Part shown: one piece after another, positions 64,000-64,000 of the stretch
How positions within the stretch are numbered: position 1 is the stretch's first letter
How the letters are laid out: each line of letters begins with the position of its first letter
Assembly (NCBI GenBank): GCA_027069135.1
Contig: JALXFE010000073.1
Location: 16,629-80,628, forward strand
Length of the DNA stretch: 64,000 bases
Reading direction: 5' to 3'
Origin: Thermoanaerobaculia bacterium
GTDB taxonomy: Bacteria > Acidobacteriota > Thermoanaerobaculia > Multivoradales > JAHZIX01
Program-made: the position numbers and the translations under genes
The notes under the pieces: model-generated
Told to the model about the DNA's origin: nothing
Seen by the model: the letters and a program-made list of their open reading frames with translations, nothing else
Databases searched by the model: none

Positions 64000-64000
64000 C

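Overview
GC-rich bacterial chromosomal window, most consistent with Acidobacteriota, possibly Thermoanaerobaculia. This is inferred from Acidobacteria-type VWA proteins, a C-terminal 'IFSDGFESGD' motif and the overall gene set. The window opens in the last C-A-PCP module of an NRPS that has a proline-like A domain and no thioesterase. Next come a COG1373 ATPase and a four-gene mer-like operon without merA: a Hg-type MerR with a recognisable mer operator, a CopZ-N-terminal-like Cys-rich protein, a MerT-like transporter, and a membrane-anchored protein that the ORF track splits at an in-frame UGA forming a U-G-V-C motif followed by a SECIS-like hairpin (predicted selenoprotein). Further on are tyrA, VWA, bactofilin and ECF sigma/anti-sigma genes, a leucine-dehydrogenase-like domain fused to a catalytically degenerate valyl-tRNA synthetase, an M12B protease, an AGCS symporter, the putrescine genes pdaD-speB and radC. 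A decayed island follows (TPR-VWA pseudogene, orphan secreted protein, IS630 remnant, HEAT-like protein). Then metG-tatD, a divergent membrane protein/acyltransferase pair, and the core rimP-nusA-infB-DUF503-rbfA-nrnA-truB-rpsO-pnp block with an attenuator and a 17-bp repeat array in its leader. The right part carries degP, a sigma-54 regulator, an FNR-like reductase, an M48 protease, trxB, and a ChlI-like AAA/VWA pair split by two tandem secreted 8-Cys peptide precursors. It ends with sdaA, psd-pssA plus an Asd pseudoenzyme, a candidate 6S-like RNA, rimI-tsaB, mutS and the 3' end of ssb. Top leads: (1) LeuDH-pseudoValRS fusion, (2) Sec-containing merA-less mer-like operon, (3) conotoxin/defensin-like disulfide-rich peptide pair. 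All calls come from reading motifs by eye; no searches or folding programs were run.
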